A DNA stretch of 64,000 nt from NCBI RefSeq assembly GCF_030384885.1, contig NZ_CP128615.1; one strand, given 5' to 3'. Each line of letters begins with the position of its first letter. Position 1 is the first letter of the stretch. Positions 39,463 through 49,352 of this stretch are shown in pieces. A program made the translations under genes and the position numbers. Origin of the DNA: Escherichia coli. Its GTDB lineage: Bacteria; Pseudomonadota; Gammaproteobacteria; Enterobacterales; Enterobacteriaceae. Below the pieces are notes generated by a model that was not told the DNA's origin, did no database searches, and saw only the letters and a list, made by a program, of their open reading frames with translations.

Positions 39463-40316
39463 GATTTCAGTTTATTACGGATTACCGTGGCTCTCTCTCA
39501 CGTTCACGCATATGTCGTTTGATGGGCGTAACAGATCGTGGTTTACGTGCATGGAAACGCCGTCCTCCATCACTGCGCCAGCGTCGTGATCTTATACTTC
39601 TAGCGCATATACGTGAGCAGCATCGGTTGTGTTTGGGGAGCTATGGTAGGCCGCGTATGACAGAAGAGTTGAAAGCGCTGGGCCTGCAGGTTGGGCAGCG
39701 TCGGGTTGGACGTTTGATGCGCCAGAATAACATTACAGTTGTTCGAACGCGTAAATTCAAACGGACAACGGATAGTCATCATACCTTCAACATTGCACCG
39801 AACCTATTAAAACAAGACTTTAGCGCAAGCGCACCCAACCAGAAATGGGCAGGCGATATCACTTATGTTTGGACCAGAGAAGGATGGGTCTATCTTGCTG
39901 TTATCCTTGACCTGTATTCCCGTCGCGTGATTGGCTGGGCAACAGGTGATCGATTAAAGCAGGATCTTGCATTAAGGGCACTGAATATGGCGTTGGCTTT
40001 ACGCAAACCACCACCGGGTTGTATTCAACACACAGACCGTGGGAGCCAATATTGCGCTCATGAATATCAAAAGCTACTGCTCAAACATCAATTGCTGCCG
40101 TCCATGAGCGGGAAAGGCAATTGTTTTGATAACTCCGCAGTAGAAAGCTTCTTTAAATCATTAAAGGCTGAGTTGATTTGGCGCAGACACTGGCAAACAA
40201 GGCGAGATATTGAGATTGCAATCTTCGAATATATAAATGGCTTTTATAATCCACGCCGAAGACATTCAACACTCGGCTGGAAATCGCCGGTGGCATTTGA
40301 GAAAAAAGCCGCTTAA
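39459..40316 (+). CDS. IS1133 transposase OrfB (DDE)
   Basis: 285 aa with DDE-region motifs (WAGDITYVWT...DLYSRRVIGW...HTDRGSQY). Confidence 0.85.
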   Translation: MRFQFITDYRGSLSRSRICRLMGVTDRGLRAWKRRPPSLRQRRDLILLAHIREQHRLCLGSYGRPRMTEELKALGLQVGQRRVGRLMRQNNITVVRTRKFKRTTDSHHTFNIAPNLLKQDFSASAPNQKWAGDITYVWTREGWVYLAVILDLYSRRVIGWATGDRLKQDLALRALNMALALRKPPPGCIQHTDRGSQYCAHEYQKLLLKHQLLPSMSGKGNCFDNSAVESFFKSLKAELIWRRHWQTRRDIEIAIFEYINGFYNPRRRHSTLGWKSPVAFEKKAA

Positions 40317-40422
40317 AATGAGAGATAGACCGGAACACAACCGGTGCAAGTCCATAGCAACTCGTTTCTTTTCGCAGGTTGAGCCACCTCCGCGCTTCAT
40401 CAGAAAACTGAAGGAACCTCCA

Positions 40423-41226
40423 TTGAATCGAACTAATATTTTTTTTGGTGAATCGCATTCTGACTGGTTGCCTGTCAGAGGCGGAGAATCTGGTGATTTT
40501 GTTTTTCGACGTGGTGACGGGCATGCCTTCGCGAAAATCGCACCTGCTTCCCGCCGCGGTGAGCTCGCTGGAGAGCGTGACCGCCTCATTTGGCTCAAAG
40601 GTCGAGGTGTGGCTTGCCCCGAGGTGATCAACTGGCAGGAGGAACAGGAGGGTGCATGCTTGGTGATAACGGCAATTCCGGGAGTACCGGCGGCTGATCT
40701 GTCTGGAGCGGATTTGCTCAAAGCGTGGCCGTCAATGGGGCAGCAACTTGGCGCTGTTCACAGCCTATCGGTTGATCAATGTCCGTTTGAGCGCAGGCTG
40801 TCGCGAATGTTCGGACGCGCCGTTGATGTGGTGTCCCGCAATGCCGTCAATCCCGACTTCTTACCGGACGAGGACAAGAGTACGCCGCAGCTCGATCTTT
40901 TGGCTCGTGTCGAACGAGAGCTACCGGTGCGGCTCGACCAAGAGCGCACCGATATGGTTGTTTGCCATGGTGATCCCTGCATGCCGAACTTCATGGTGGA
41001 CCCTAAAACTCTTCAATGCACGGGTCTGATCGACCTTGGGCGGCTCGGAACAGCAGATCGCTATGCCGATTTGGCACTCATGATTGCTAACGCCGAAGAG
41101 AACTGGGCAGCGCCAGATGAAGCAGAGCGCGCCTTCGCTGTCCTATTCAATGTATTGGGGATCGAAGCCCCCGACCGCGAACGCCTTGCCTTCTATCTGC
41201 GATTGGACCCTCTGACTTGGGGTTGA
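40423..41226 (+). CDS. strA: Aminoglycoside 3''-phosphotransferase APH(3'')-Ib
   Basis: TTG start; NRTNIFFGESHSDWLPVRGGESGDFVFRRGDGHAFAKIAP...; 267 aa; stop overlaps strB start. Confidence 0.95.
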   Translation: MNRTNIFFGESHSDWLPVRGGESGDFVFRRGDGHAFAKIAPASRRGELAGERDRLIWLKGRGVACPEVINWQEEQEGACLVITAIPGVPAADLSGADLLKAWPSMGQQLGAVHSLSVDQCPFERRLSRMFGRAVDVVSRNAVNPDFLPDEDKSTPQLDLLARVERELPVRLDQERTDMVVCHGDPCMPNFMVDPKTLQCTGLIDLGRLGTADRYADLALMIANAEENWAAPDEAERAFAVLFNVLGIEAPDRERLAFYLRLDPLTWG

Positions 41227-42062
41227 TGTTCATGCCGCCTGTTTTTCCTGCTCATTGGCACGTTTCGCAACCTGTTCTCATTGCGGACACCTTTTCCAGC
41301 CTCGTTTGGAAAGTTTCATTGCCAGACGGGACTCCTGCAATCGTCAAGGGATTGAAACCTATAGAAGACATTGCTGATGAACTGCGCGGGGCCGACTATC
41401 TGGTATGGCGCAATGGGAGGGGAGCAGTCCGGTTGCTCGGTCGTGAGAACAATCTGATGTTGCTCGAATATGCCGGGGAGCGAATGCTCTCTCACATCGT
41501 TGCCGAGCACGGCGACTACCAGGCGACCGAAATTGCAGCGGAACTAATGGCGAAGCTGTATGCCGCATCTGAGGAACCCCTGCCTTCTGCCCTTCTCCCG
41601 ATCCGGGATCGCTTTGCAGCTTTGTTTCAGCGGGCGCGCGATGATCAAAACGCAGGTTGTCAAACTGACTACGTCCACGCGGCGATTATAGCCGATCAAA
41701 TGATGAGCAATGCCTCGGAACTGCGTGGGCTACATGGCGATCTGCATCATGAAAACATCATGTTCTCCAGTCGCGGCTGGCTGGTGATAGATCCCGTCGG
41801 TCTGGTCGGTGAAGTGGGCTTTGGCGCCGCCAATATGTTCTACGATCCGGCTGACAGAGACGACCTTTGTCTCGATCCTAGACGCATTGCACAGATGGCG
41901 GACGCATTCTCTCGTGCGCTGGACGTCGATCCGCGTCGCCTGCTCGACCAGGCGTACGCTTATGGGTGCCTTTCCGCAGCTTGGAACGCGGATGGAGAAG
42001 AGGAGCAACGCGATCTAGCTATCGCGGCCGCGATCAAGCAGGTGCGACAGACGTCATACTAG
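41226..42062 (+). CDS. strB: Aminoglycoside 6-phosphotransferase APH(6)-Id
   Basis: MFMPPVFPAHWHVSQPVLIADTFSSLVWKVSLPDGTPAIVKG...; 278 aa. Confidence 0.95.
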   Translation: MFMPPVFPAHWHVSQPVLIADTFSSLVWKVSLPDGTPAIVKGLKPIEDIADELRGADYLVWRNGRGAVRLLGRENNLMLLEYAGERMLSHIVAEHGDYQATEIAAELMAKLYAASEEPLPSALLPIRDRFAALFQRARDDQNAGCQTDYVHAAIIADQMMSNASELRGLHGDLHHENIMFSSRGWLVIDPVGLVGEVGFGAANMFYDPADRDDLCLDPRRIAQMADAFSRALDVDPRRLLDQAYAYGCLSAAWNADGEEEQRDLAIAAAIKQVRQTSY

Positions 42063-42131
42063 ATATCAAGCGACTTCTCCTATCCCCTGGGAACACATCA
42101 ATCTTACCGGAGAATATCGTTGGCCAAAGCC

Positions 42132-43070
42132 TTAGCGTAGGATTTCGCCCTCTCCCGCAAACGACCCCATAGCCTCCGCAACCTGACCATCGTAGTCACG
42201 CAGCGTCAGTGAACCCCCGAACAGCTGTTTTACCCGGTACATCGCCGTTTCCGCTATCGAGCGACGGTTGTAATCTGTTGTCCATTTCCACCGCGCATTA
42301 CTCCCGGTCATTCGCTGATTAGCCACTGCACGGTTACGGTCTGCATATTCACCGGGCCAGTAACCCGCACCTTTTCGGGGAGGGATAAGCGCGCTGATTT
42401 TCTTACGCCGCAGTTCATCGTGACAGAGCCGGGTGTCGTAAGCGCCGTCTGCCGATGCTGCCCTGATTTTTCTGTGAGTCTGCCGGATAAGACCCGGGAA
42501 GGCTTCTGAGTCCGTCACATTGTTCAGCGACAGGTCTGCACAGATGATTTCATGTGTGTTGCTGTCAACTGCCAGATGCAACTTTCGCCATATACGACGG
42601 CGTTCCTGGCCATGCTTTTTGACTTTCCACTCGCCTTCACCAAAGACCTTCAGCCCGGTGGAATCAATCACCAGATGCGCGATTTCACCCCGGGTGAACG
42701 TTTTGAAACTGACGTTAACCGACTTTGCCCGCCTGCTGACACAGCTGTAATCCGGGCAGCGTAGCGGAACGTTCATCAGAGAAAAAATGGAATCAATAAA
42801 GCCCTGCGCAGCGCGCAGGGTCAGCCTGAATACGCGTTTAATGACCAGCACAGTCGTGATGGCAAGGTCAGAATAGCGCTGAGGTCTGCCTCGTGAAGAA
42901 GGTGTTGCTGACTCATACCAGGCCTGAATAGCTTCATCATCCAGCCAGAAAGTTATGGAGCCACGGTTGATGAGGGCTTTATTGTAGGTGGGCCAGTTGG
43001 TTATTTTGAACTTTTGCTTTGCCACGGAACGGTCTGCGTTGTCGGGAAGATGCGTGATCTGATCCTTCAA
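42132..43070 (-). pseudogene. IS903 transposase, C-terminus replaced by Tn5393 insertion
   Basis: 312-aa ORF identical in most of its length to the other IS903 transposases but ending ...AEAMGSFAGEGEILR inside the Tn5393 IR. Confidence 0.8.
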
Positions 43071-43102
43071 CTCAGCAAAAGTTCGATTTATTCAACAAAG
43101 CC
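42169..43102 (-). mobile_element. IS903 left-end 934 bp (remainder of the IS903 copy split by Tn5393)
   Basis: Includes transposase ORF 42132-43070 whose last codons now read into the Tn5393 inverted repeat; terminal IR ends at 43102. Confidence 0.85.
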
Positions 43103-43406
43103 CATTCAGTCCTCAATTTGTGCATTTTTTAAACGAAAAAAGGGTGTCTAATACGGTGAAATCATAGTATTACCAAAGTAATAAATAAAAAGTTATTTAA
43201 ATCAGTAATTTAGATTTGATTTGTAATACCTGGGTAATACCGCAGCATGGCTAAATTTTGTTTTTTTTCTTTTAAATCAGTGCGATAGCGTGATTTATCA
43301 CGCTGCGTTAGGTGTATAGCAGGTTAAGGGATAAAAAATCATCTTTTTTTGGTAGGGCGATCTCCGTAGGTTAAGGGGCATTTGGCTAAAAAGCGTCCTA
43401 TTCTTT

Positions 43407-43430
43407 GATGGTCATGCTTGCATGACCATC
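43407..43430. promoter_or_regulatory. Perfect 11-bp-arm palindrome GATGGTCATGC-TT-GCATGACCATC (operator-like)
   Basis: Read directly from sequence; lies just upstream of an array of 11-bp direct repeats. Confidence 0.4.
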
Positions 43431-43440
43431 TGAGCAACCA

Positions 43441-43592
43441 AAAACTACAGATAAACTACAGATAAACTACAAAAAACGTTTTGCCTTAGTGTTGTAAGAC
43501 TACAAATAGACTACAATAAAACTACAAATAAACTACAAAAAACGTGACAGACTACAAATAGACTACAATAAAACTACAGATAAACTACAAAA
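43441..43592. repeat. Eleven 11-bp direct repeats (consensus about RACTACARWTA) in three clusters; centromere- or iteron-like
   Basis: aaactacagat x2, aaactacaaaa, gactacaaata, gactacaataa, aaactacaaata ... in helical phase (11-bp period). Confidence 0.7.
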
Positions 43593-43650
43593 CTCGATTG
43601 ACCCCTTCTTACGAGTGTTGTAGAGTCATTTTCATACAACGGAGGGGGTT

Positions 43651-43830
43651 ATGAATAAACCAGCAGATCTGAAACCCCGCAACTTATCGGCTGCTGTCAG
43701 ATTGCGCCTAAATGAAATCGAGAACTGGCTGGACAGAGGGCTAACGCGGCATGAAATTGCTGAAATCCTCGACAGCGAATACAGCTTTTCGGTAACAGCC
43801 AAAGGGCTTGAGATGGATGGCACTGTATAG
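43651..43830 (+). CDS. Small hypothetical DNA-binding-like protein (59 aa)
   Basis: GGAGGGGG RBS then MNKPADLKPRNLSAAVRLRLNEIENWLDRGLTRHEIAEILDSEYSF...; below the 60-aa cutoff of the ORF track. Confidence 0.35.
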   Translation: MNKPADLKPRNLSAAVRLRLNEIENWLDRGLTRHEIAEILDSEYSFSVTAKGLEMDGTV

Positions 43831-44124
43831 AACGCGGCAAAACCGAAAAAATGTATTGCACAATACGCATGATAAGAGTAGCGCGAAGGGTGCAGCGGAA
43901 AGTGTATTGCACAATACACAACCGTCTGAGCCTGAAGTGCAGGAAAGTAAAAAAGCAGAGAGTCCCGGCATTATTGATAAAGAATTCTTCAAGAAAATCG
44001 GTGAGAATTTCGACCCTAAGAAGTTCAACAAAAAATTCTGAGGTGATTTATGAAAGTAGCGGTAATTAATTACAGTGGCAGTGTTCGTAAAACCTTAATT
44101 TCATCTTACCTGTTAGCCCCGCGC

Positions 44125-45181
44125 GGCTTTGTTGAATAAATCAGATTTCGGGTAAGTCTCCCCCGTAGCGGGTTGTGTTTTCAGGCAATACGCACGCTTT
44201 CAGGCATACCTGCTTTCGTCATTTTGTTCAGCGCTCGTACCAGGGCCATAGCCTCTGCAACCTGACCATCGTAGTCACGCAGTGTCAGTGAACCTCCGAA
44301 CAGCTGTTTTACCCGGTACATCGCCGTTTCCGCTATCGAGCGACGGTTGTAATCTGTTGTCCATTTCCACCGCGCATTACTCCCGGTCAGCCGCTGATTC
44401 GCAACAGCACGGTTACGGTCTGCATATTCACCGGGCCAGTAACCCGCGCCTTTTCGGGGCGGGATAAGCGCGCTGATTTTCTTACGCCGCAGTTCATCGT
44501 GACAGAGTTGGGTGTCGTAAGCGCCGTCTGCCGATGCTGCCCTGATTTTTCTGTGAGTCTGCCGGATAAGACCCGGGAAGGCTTCTGAGTCCGTCACATT
44601 GTTCAGCGACAGGTTTGCACAGATGATTTCATGTGTGTTGCTGTCAACTGCCAGATGCAACTTTCGCCATATACGACGGCGTTCCTGGCCATGCTTTTTG
44701 ACTTTCCATTCGCCTTCACCAAAGACCTTCAGCCCGGTGGAATCAATCACCAGATGCGCGATTTCACCCCGGGTGAACGTTTTGAAACTGACATTAACCG
44801 ACTTTGCGCGCTTGCTGACACTGGTGTAATCCGGGCAGCGCAACGGAACATTCATCAGTGTAAAAATGGAATCAATAAAACCCTGTGCAGCCCGCAGGGT
44901 CAACCTGAACACGCGTTTAATGACCAGAACGGTGGTGATGGCGAGATCAGAATAGCGCTGAGGTCTTCCCCGTGATGAAGGCGTTGCCGACTCATACCAG
45001 GCCTGAATAGCTTCATCATCCAGCCAGAAAGTTATGGAGCCACGGTTGATGAGGGCTTTATTGTAGGTGGGCCAGTTGGTTATTTTGAACTTTTGCTTTG
45101 CCACGGAATGGTCTGCGTTGTCGGGAAGATGCGTGATCTGATCCTTCAACTCAGCAAAAGTTCGATTTATTCAACAAAGCC
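44125..45181 (-). mobile_element. IS903, intact copy, no target-site duplication
   Basis: Terminal IRs present; transposase 44181-45149; flanking 9-mers differ. Confidence 0.9.
44181..45149 (-). CDS. IS903 transposase
   Basis: 322 aa [33 protein letters not shown]... Confidence 0.9.
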   Translation of the reverse strand: MKDQITHLPDNADHSVAKQKFKITNWPTYNKALINRGSITFWLDDEAIQAWYESATPSSRGRPQRYSDLAITTVLVIKRVFRLTLRAAQGFIDSIFTLMNVPLRCPDYTSVSKRAKSVNVSFKTFTRGEIAHLVIDSTGLKVFGEGEWKVKKHGQERRRIWRKLHLAVDSNTHEIICANLSLNNVTDSEAFPGLIRQTHRKIRAASADGAYDTQLCHDELRRKKISALIPPRKGAGYWPGEYADRNRAVANQRLTGSNARWKWTTDYNRRSIAETAMYRVKQLFGGSLTLRDYDGQVAEAMALVRALNKMTKAGMPESVRIA

Positions 45182-45673
45182 GTCTGTGTTGTAAAATGGC
45201 GCCGAAAGCCCGGCGTAGCCGGTTGCCGGGCTATAAATTCTGCCACCCTACCCCCTGCCCTGATTAGCCTTAACTCGCGAACAGCAATGAAGAAGTCAAA
45301 GTAATCCCTTTTAACCCCGGTGAGCGGGCTTTACGGCGTTTACGACGTAAAGGGCGTGATTTCCGGGGCCTAAGCGGCGGCAGCTTGCTGCTGACGCTTA
45401 GGGGGATGTTCATCAACTATTTCAGCGACACCAGGGAACTTAACACGGTAGCTGCAAAGCCCTAATCCCGCTCACCGCCACGCAGCTGCCGTACGTCCCC
45501 CACGGGGGTGCGCAGTGCTGCGCGCGGGAACGGCGGCCCGTCTGCGGGACGCGGCGCCGTACTGCGCGTTAGCGGCCGCACGCGGCCGGTTACGGGGGAC
45601 ACTCCGCCATACGACCAGCGACCCGCTGAGCTGCACAATCCACAGATAACACAAGCTACATACATGTCGATAT

Positions 45674-46245
45674 GGGAATCGGCCCACCTTGCCGGGCGCC
45701 GGTGCCGTGTGGAAATCCGCCCACCTTGCCGCGCGCCGGTGCCGTGTGGGAATCCGCCCACCTTGCCGCGCGCCGGTGCCGTGTGGGAATCCGCCCACCT
45801 TGCCGGGCGCCGGTGCTGTGTGGAAATCCGCCCACCTTACCGGGCGCCGGTGCTGTGTGGAAATCCGCCCATCTTGCCGGGCGCCGGTGCCGTGTGGGAA
45901 TCCGCCCACCTTACCGGGCGCCGGTGCCGTGTGGGAATCCGCCCACCTTACCGGGCGCCGGTGCCGTGTGGGAATCCGCCCACCTTACCGGGCGCCGGTG
46001 CTGTGTGGAAATCCGCCCACCTTGCCGCGCGCCGGTGCCGTGTGGGAATCCGCCCACCTTGCCGCGCGCCGGTGCCGTGTGGGAATCCGCCCACCTTGCC
46101 GGGCGCCGGTGCTGTGTGGAAATCCGCCCACCTTACCGGGCGCCGGTGCTGTGTGGAAATCCGCCCATCTTGCCGGGCGCCGGTGCCGTGTGGGAATCCG
46201 CCCACCTTACCGGGCGCCGGTGCTGTGTGGAAATCCGCCCATCTT
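45674..46245. repeat. Tandem array of about 15.5 copies of a 37-bp repeat (GAATCCGCCCACCTTGCCGCGCGCCGGTGCCGTGTGG with point variants)
   Basis: Contiguous head-to-tail repeats without spacers; downstream of a truncated repA paralog, i.e. in the position of an incC/incA-type iteron array. Confidence 0.85.
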
Positions 46246-46292
46246 CATGACAAAAATTTGTCAAATGACAGGCTCATGTGTGCTGATTTATG

Positions 46293-46595
46293 TCAGACGG
46301 GATTTTGCTTATCAATTATTGAGAACAGAAATTTTCCTGAATCATCAATACTATACTTAGCAAGTAAAGGTGTTTTCTCATTTATCTGCTTGAGTGCAGG
46401 ATCAAGGAAAGATCGTTTCAACTCTGCCAAGTTCTTCTGCTGGGATTCCGGTAAGACGAAACGGTCATTTAACCAAGCATGAGTAGTAACCCATAAGCCT
46501 GAAGATTTGAATTGAGCAAGACTTTCATAAAGGCGGATCGTCCGGGGATTTCGAAGACTGCCACAATCGCGGAGCGAGTAGGTGGTGAACTGGTT
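46293..46595 (-). pseudogene. C-terminal fragment of a second Rep_3-family RepA, truncated by IS1
   Basis: Minus-strand translation ...YSLRDCGSLRNPRTIRLYESLAQFKSSGLWVTTHAWLNDRFVLPESQQ... aligns with the C-terminus of the intact RepA at 54177-55043. Confidence 0.6.
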
Positions 46596-46610
46596 GGTAA
46601 TGACTCCAAC

Positions 46611-47114
46611 TTACTGATAGTGTTTTATGTTCAGATAATGCCCGATGACTTTGTCATGCAGCGCCACCGATTTTGAGAACGACAGTGACTTCCTGCCCAG
46701 CCTTGCCAGATGCTGCCTCAGATTCTGGTTATGCCGCTCAATTCGCTGCGTATATCGCTTGCTGATAACGTGCAGTTCTCCCTTCAGGCGGGATTCATAA
46801 AGCGGCCAGCCATCCGTCATCCATACCACGACCTCAAAGGCCGACAGCAGGCCCGGAAGACGCTCCAGCGTGGCCAGAGTACGCTCACCAAAGACGCGTG
46901 CCACCACCGTCCTGCACATCCTGCCATAGGCGTAAAATAACCAGCGCTGACGTGATTTAGCCCCGACGTAGCCCCACTGTTCGTCCATTTCCGCGCAGAC
47001 AATGACGTCACTGCCCGGTTGTATGCGTGAGGTTACCGACTGCGGTCTGAGTTTTTTAAGTGACGTAAAATCGTGTTGAGGCCAACGCCCATAATGCGGG
47101 CGGTTGCCCGGCAT
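46611..47114 (-). CDS. insB: IS1 InsB
   Basis: 167 aa, 95 percent-range similarity to the other insB in the window. Confidence 0.85.
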   Translation of the reverse strand: MPGNRPHYGRWPQHDFTSLKKLRPQSVTSRIQPGSDVIVCAEMDEQWGYVGAKSRQRWLFYAYGRMCRTVVARVFGERTLATLERLPGLLSAFEVVVWMTDGWPLYESRLKGELHVISKRYTQRIERHNQNLRQHLARLGRKSLSFSKSVALHDKVIGHYLNIKHYQ

Positions 47115-47308
47115 CCAACGCCATTCATGGCCATATCAATGATTTTCTGGTGCGTACCGGGCTGAGAGGCGGTGTAAGTGAACTGTAGCTGCCATGTTTT
47201 ACGGCAGTGAGAGCAGAGATAGCGCTGATGTCCGGCAGTACTTTTACCGTTACGCACCACGCCTTCAGTAGCTGAGCAGGAGGGACAACTGATGGAGATG
47301 GAAGCCAC
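47033..47308 (-). CDS. insA: IS1 InsA
   Basis: [30 protein letters not shown]... Confidence 0.85.
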   Translation of the reverse strand: MASISISCPSCSATEGVVRNGKSTAGHQRYLCSHCRKTWQLQFTYTASQPGTHQKIIDMAMNGVGCRATARIMGVGLNTILRHLKNSDRSR

Positions 47309-47379
47309 TGGAGCACCTCAAAGACACCATCGTACACTAAATCAGTAAGTTGGCACCATTATCCGGCAGGCGATCTGGA

Positions 47380-49300
47380 TTATCGTCACGCTGTTAAATA
47401 TGTCGCGGTAGGGATACCCGTTACCGGATACCCCCCGCACAGATCCCGGCGTGCGCGATTTACGCACCGGGCTCCTGCCTCGGGTGTCTGGCGGTGAACC
47501 GCTCCACAGGCCATGGATGAAGAACCCGAACCCTTGGTAGCCATGCGGCTGCCAGTTTGTTTGCTTTCGTCCAGGTCGTATCATCCTTCTGGCTCCTGCG
47601 CCTGAGCGCCCGGCGCCAGAGGTTTGTTACGTGTGTCCTGAACTTCTGCATGGTGGGGAAGTTGCCCGGTACCGAGTGATAGTTCAGGTATCCCTGAACC
47701 ACTCTCCTGAGCCATTTTCCCTGTTCGGGGATTGAGTAATGCCAGCGCCTTCGCAGACCGTCTTTGATGGCTTTCAGAGTTGCCGTCATCCGATCCCGGC
47801 GGGTCTTTCGTATCAGCATGAACCTGCCGTTGCGATCTTTCCCGCTGATGTGCGTGAACCCGAGGAAGTTGAACGTTTCTGGTTTGCCTTTTCCCCTGAT
47901 GGCACGGTTTTCGGCAGCGAAGCGGCCGAACTCCATCAGACGGGTTTTCTCCGGGTGAACCGTGAGTCCGAACTCCCTCAGTCTGCGCTGCATGGCTATA
48001 CGGAAGCGCCGGGCATCGTATCGTTTGTCGAACCCGATGACGATGTCATCGGCGTATCTGACCATTACCACATTGCCTGTGGCATAGCGACGTCGCCACT
48101 GATGCGCCCACAGATCGAAGACGTAGTGGAGGTATATGTTTGCCAGCAGCGGTGAGATGACCGCACCCTGTGGGGTGCCTTCCTCCGTTGCTCGCCATTG
48201 ACCCTCCTCCAACGTCCCGGCTGTGAGCCACTTACGTATGAGCCTGATTACGCTCCGGTCGCCGATCCGATGCTCTGTGAACCTGATCAGCCATTCGTGG
48301 CTCACCCTGTCGAAGAACTGACTGATGTCGGCATCCAGTACCCAGTTTACGTTAGTGCGTACCAGCCCTGTGGCCAGTGCGTCCAGTGCATCGTGCTGGC
48401 TTCGCCCGGGTCTGAACCCGTATGAGAACCCCATAAAGTCGTTTTCATAGACTGCGTTCAGGATTTTCACCAGCGCATACTGGACGATCTTGTCCTCCAG
48501 CGAGGCGATGCCGAGCGGGCGTTGTTTTCCATCCGCTTTTGGGATGTAGTGACGCCTGCCGGGCTGCGCCCTGTAGCTGCCCTAATGTAGCCTCCGGTGC
48601 AGATCTGTTATGTTGTTCTTCATGTTTCCGGCGTAGTCCATCCACCTGATGCCATCCACTCCGGCGGCCGCTTTCCTGCTCAGGGAGAGGAATGCGGCTT
48701 CCAGTGCTTCGACTGTCAGCAGGTGGAACAATGCTGTAAACCGTTCTTTCTTCCGCTGCTTCGCAGCTTCCCGCACGCGTGACAGCCTCTGTGACATGCT
48801 TTCCCGGCTCTGTGTCCGGCGCATGTGTGGCTGTTCCGCGTTCCCCTTGGCCCCGCTCCTTCGCTCCACTGACTCCGCTCCTTTCGGGTTGTTCGCCTGC
48901 TTCGCCGCTACTATGAGCGAGTCCGACTTCTCCTCTCCGTACATCACCGGCTATGACTCCTCGTCTTCCCGGTGCGGGCCGTCTCCGACACTGGCAGATG
49001 GTCAGAGGGGAGATCTCCCGGTTCCCGCGTAGAGATCGTATTGACATGCCAGGGTCTCAGACCCCGCCGGGTCCATGTGGCACTCGCAGTATCGCACCCT
49101 ATGATGTTGCCTTCCGTTAACAGTACAACGTCGGCACCCGGTAATTTAATATACATTTCGTGGCTCAATGGCTGGCCTGTCAACACCCCTGTCAACGCTT
49201 CGCCCCATACCTCGCGGTATGCAACGCATGACTCGGGGACCTTGTGGATTGCTGGTCCTTCAATGGTCGGGGACTTTCACCCCTTGATCTCTACCGGTCT
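47380..49300 (-). mobile_element. Group II intron (bacterial, ORF in domain IV), boundaries approximate
   Basis: Encodes an intron-type reverse transcriptase/maturase; domain-V-like hairpin GAGCCCGGTGCGTAAATCGCGCACGCCGGG near 47458-47490 just 3' of the ORF; a GTGCG 5'-consensus-like motif is seen but is too close to the ORF to be the certain 5' end. Confidence 0.55.
47460..48947 (-). pseudogene. Group II intron reverse transcriptase/maturase, split by a frameshift near 48470-48600
   Basis: N-terminal ORF 48582-48947 (domain 0: ...AAAGVDGIRWMDYAGN...) and C-terminal ORF 47460-48470 (RT motifs incl. VRYADD and maturase X-domain VQGYLNYH) are in different frames. Confidence 0.7.
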
Positions 49301-49311
49301 CCCGGTGAACA

Positions 49312-49327
49312 CTGTATGTATAACCAG
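49312..49327 (+). promoter_or_regulatory. LexA (SOS) box upstream of the umuD-like gene
   Basis: CTGTATGTATAACCAG, one mismatch from CTGT-N8-ACAG, about 25 bp upstream of the RBS. Confidence 0.5.
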
Positions 49328-49352
49328 TAAAATTAGAGTGTCAGGAGGAAAG

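Larger units (their letters stand above)
39123..40354 (+). mobile_element. IS1133 (IS3 family), 1232 bp, inserted immediately after the tnpR stop
   Basis: Ends TGGACTTGCC...GGCAAGTCCA; orfA (track 39166-39462, probable start 39187) and orfB 39459-40316. Confidence 0.85.
35464..42168. mobile_element. Tn5393 carrying IS1133 (strA-strB transposon), flanked by 5-bp direct repeats ATAGC
   Basis: 81-bp terminal inverted repeats GGGGTCGTTTGCGGGAGGGGGCGGAATCCTACGCTAAGG...; tnpA, tnpR, IS1133, strA, strB; ATAGC at 35459-35463 and 42169-42173. Confidence 0.9.
46596..47363 (-). mobile_element. IS1, complete 768-bp copy (variant left end)
   Basis: insA 47033-47308 and insB 46611-47114; right end GGTAATGACTCCAAC at 46596. 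Confidence 0.85.

Noticed and set aside
44050-44124. ParA-like ATPase N-terminus (MKVAVINYSGSVRKT)
   Set aside because: The segment lacks a true Walker A (GxxxxGK[ST]) motif and is only 25 codons before the IS903 junction; left as an unidentified truncated ORF.
45674-46245. Possible CRISPR array (regular 37-bp repeats)
   Set aside because: Repeats are contiguous head-to-tail with no unique spacers and no cas genes nearby; better explained as an iteron-type tandem array.
45508-46482. Three overlapping 190-320-aa ORFs in the track
   Set aside because: They are translations of the 37-bp tandem repeat in different frames (repetitive, low-complexity products), not genes.
49096-49100. GTGCG motif as the definite 5' end of the group II intron
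   Set aside because: It would leave only about 150 nt before the RT ORF, too short for domains I-III; the boundary is therefore left approximate.
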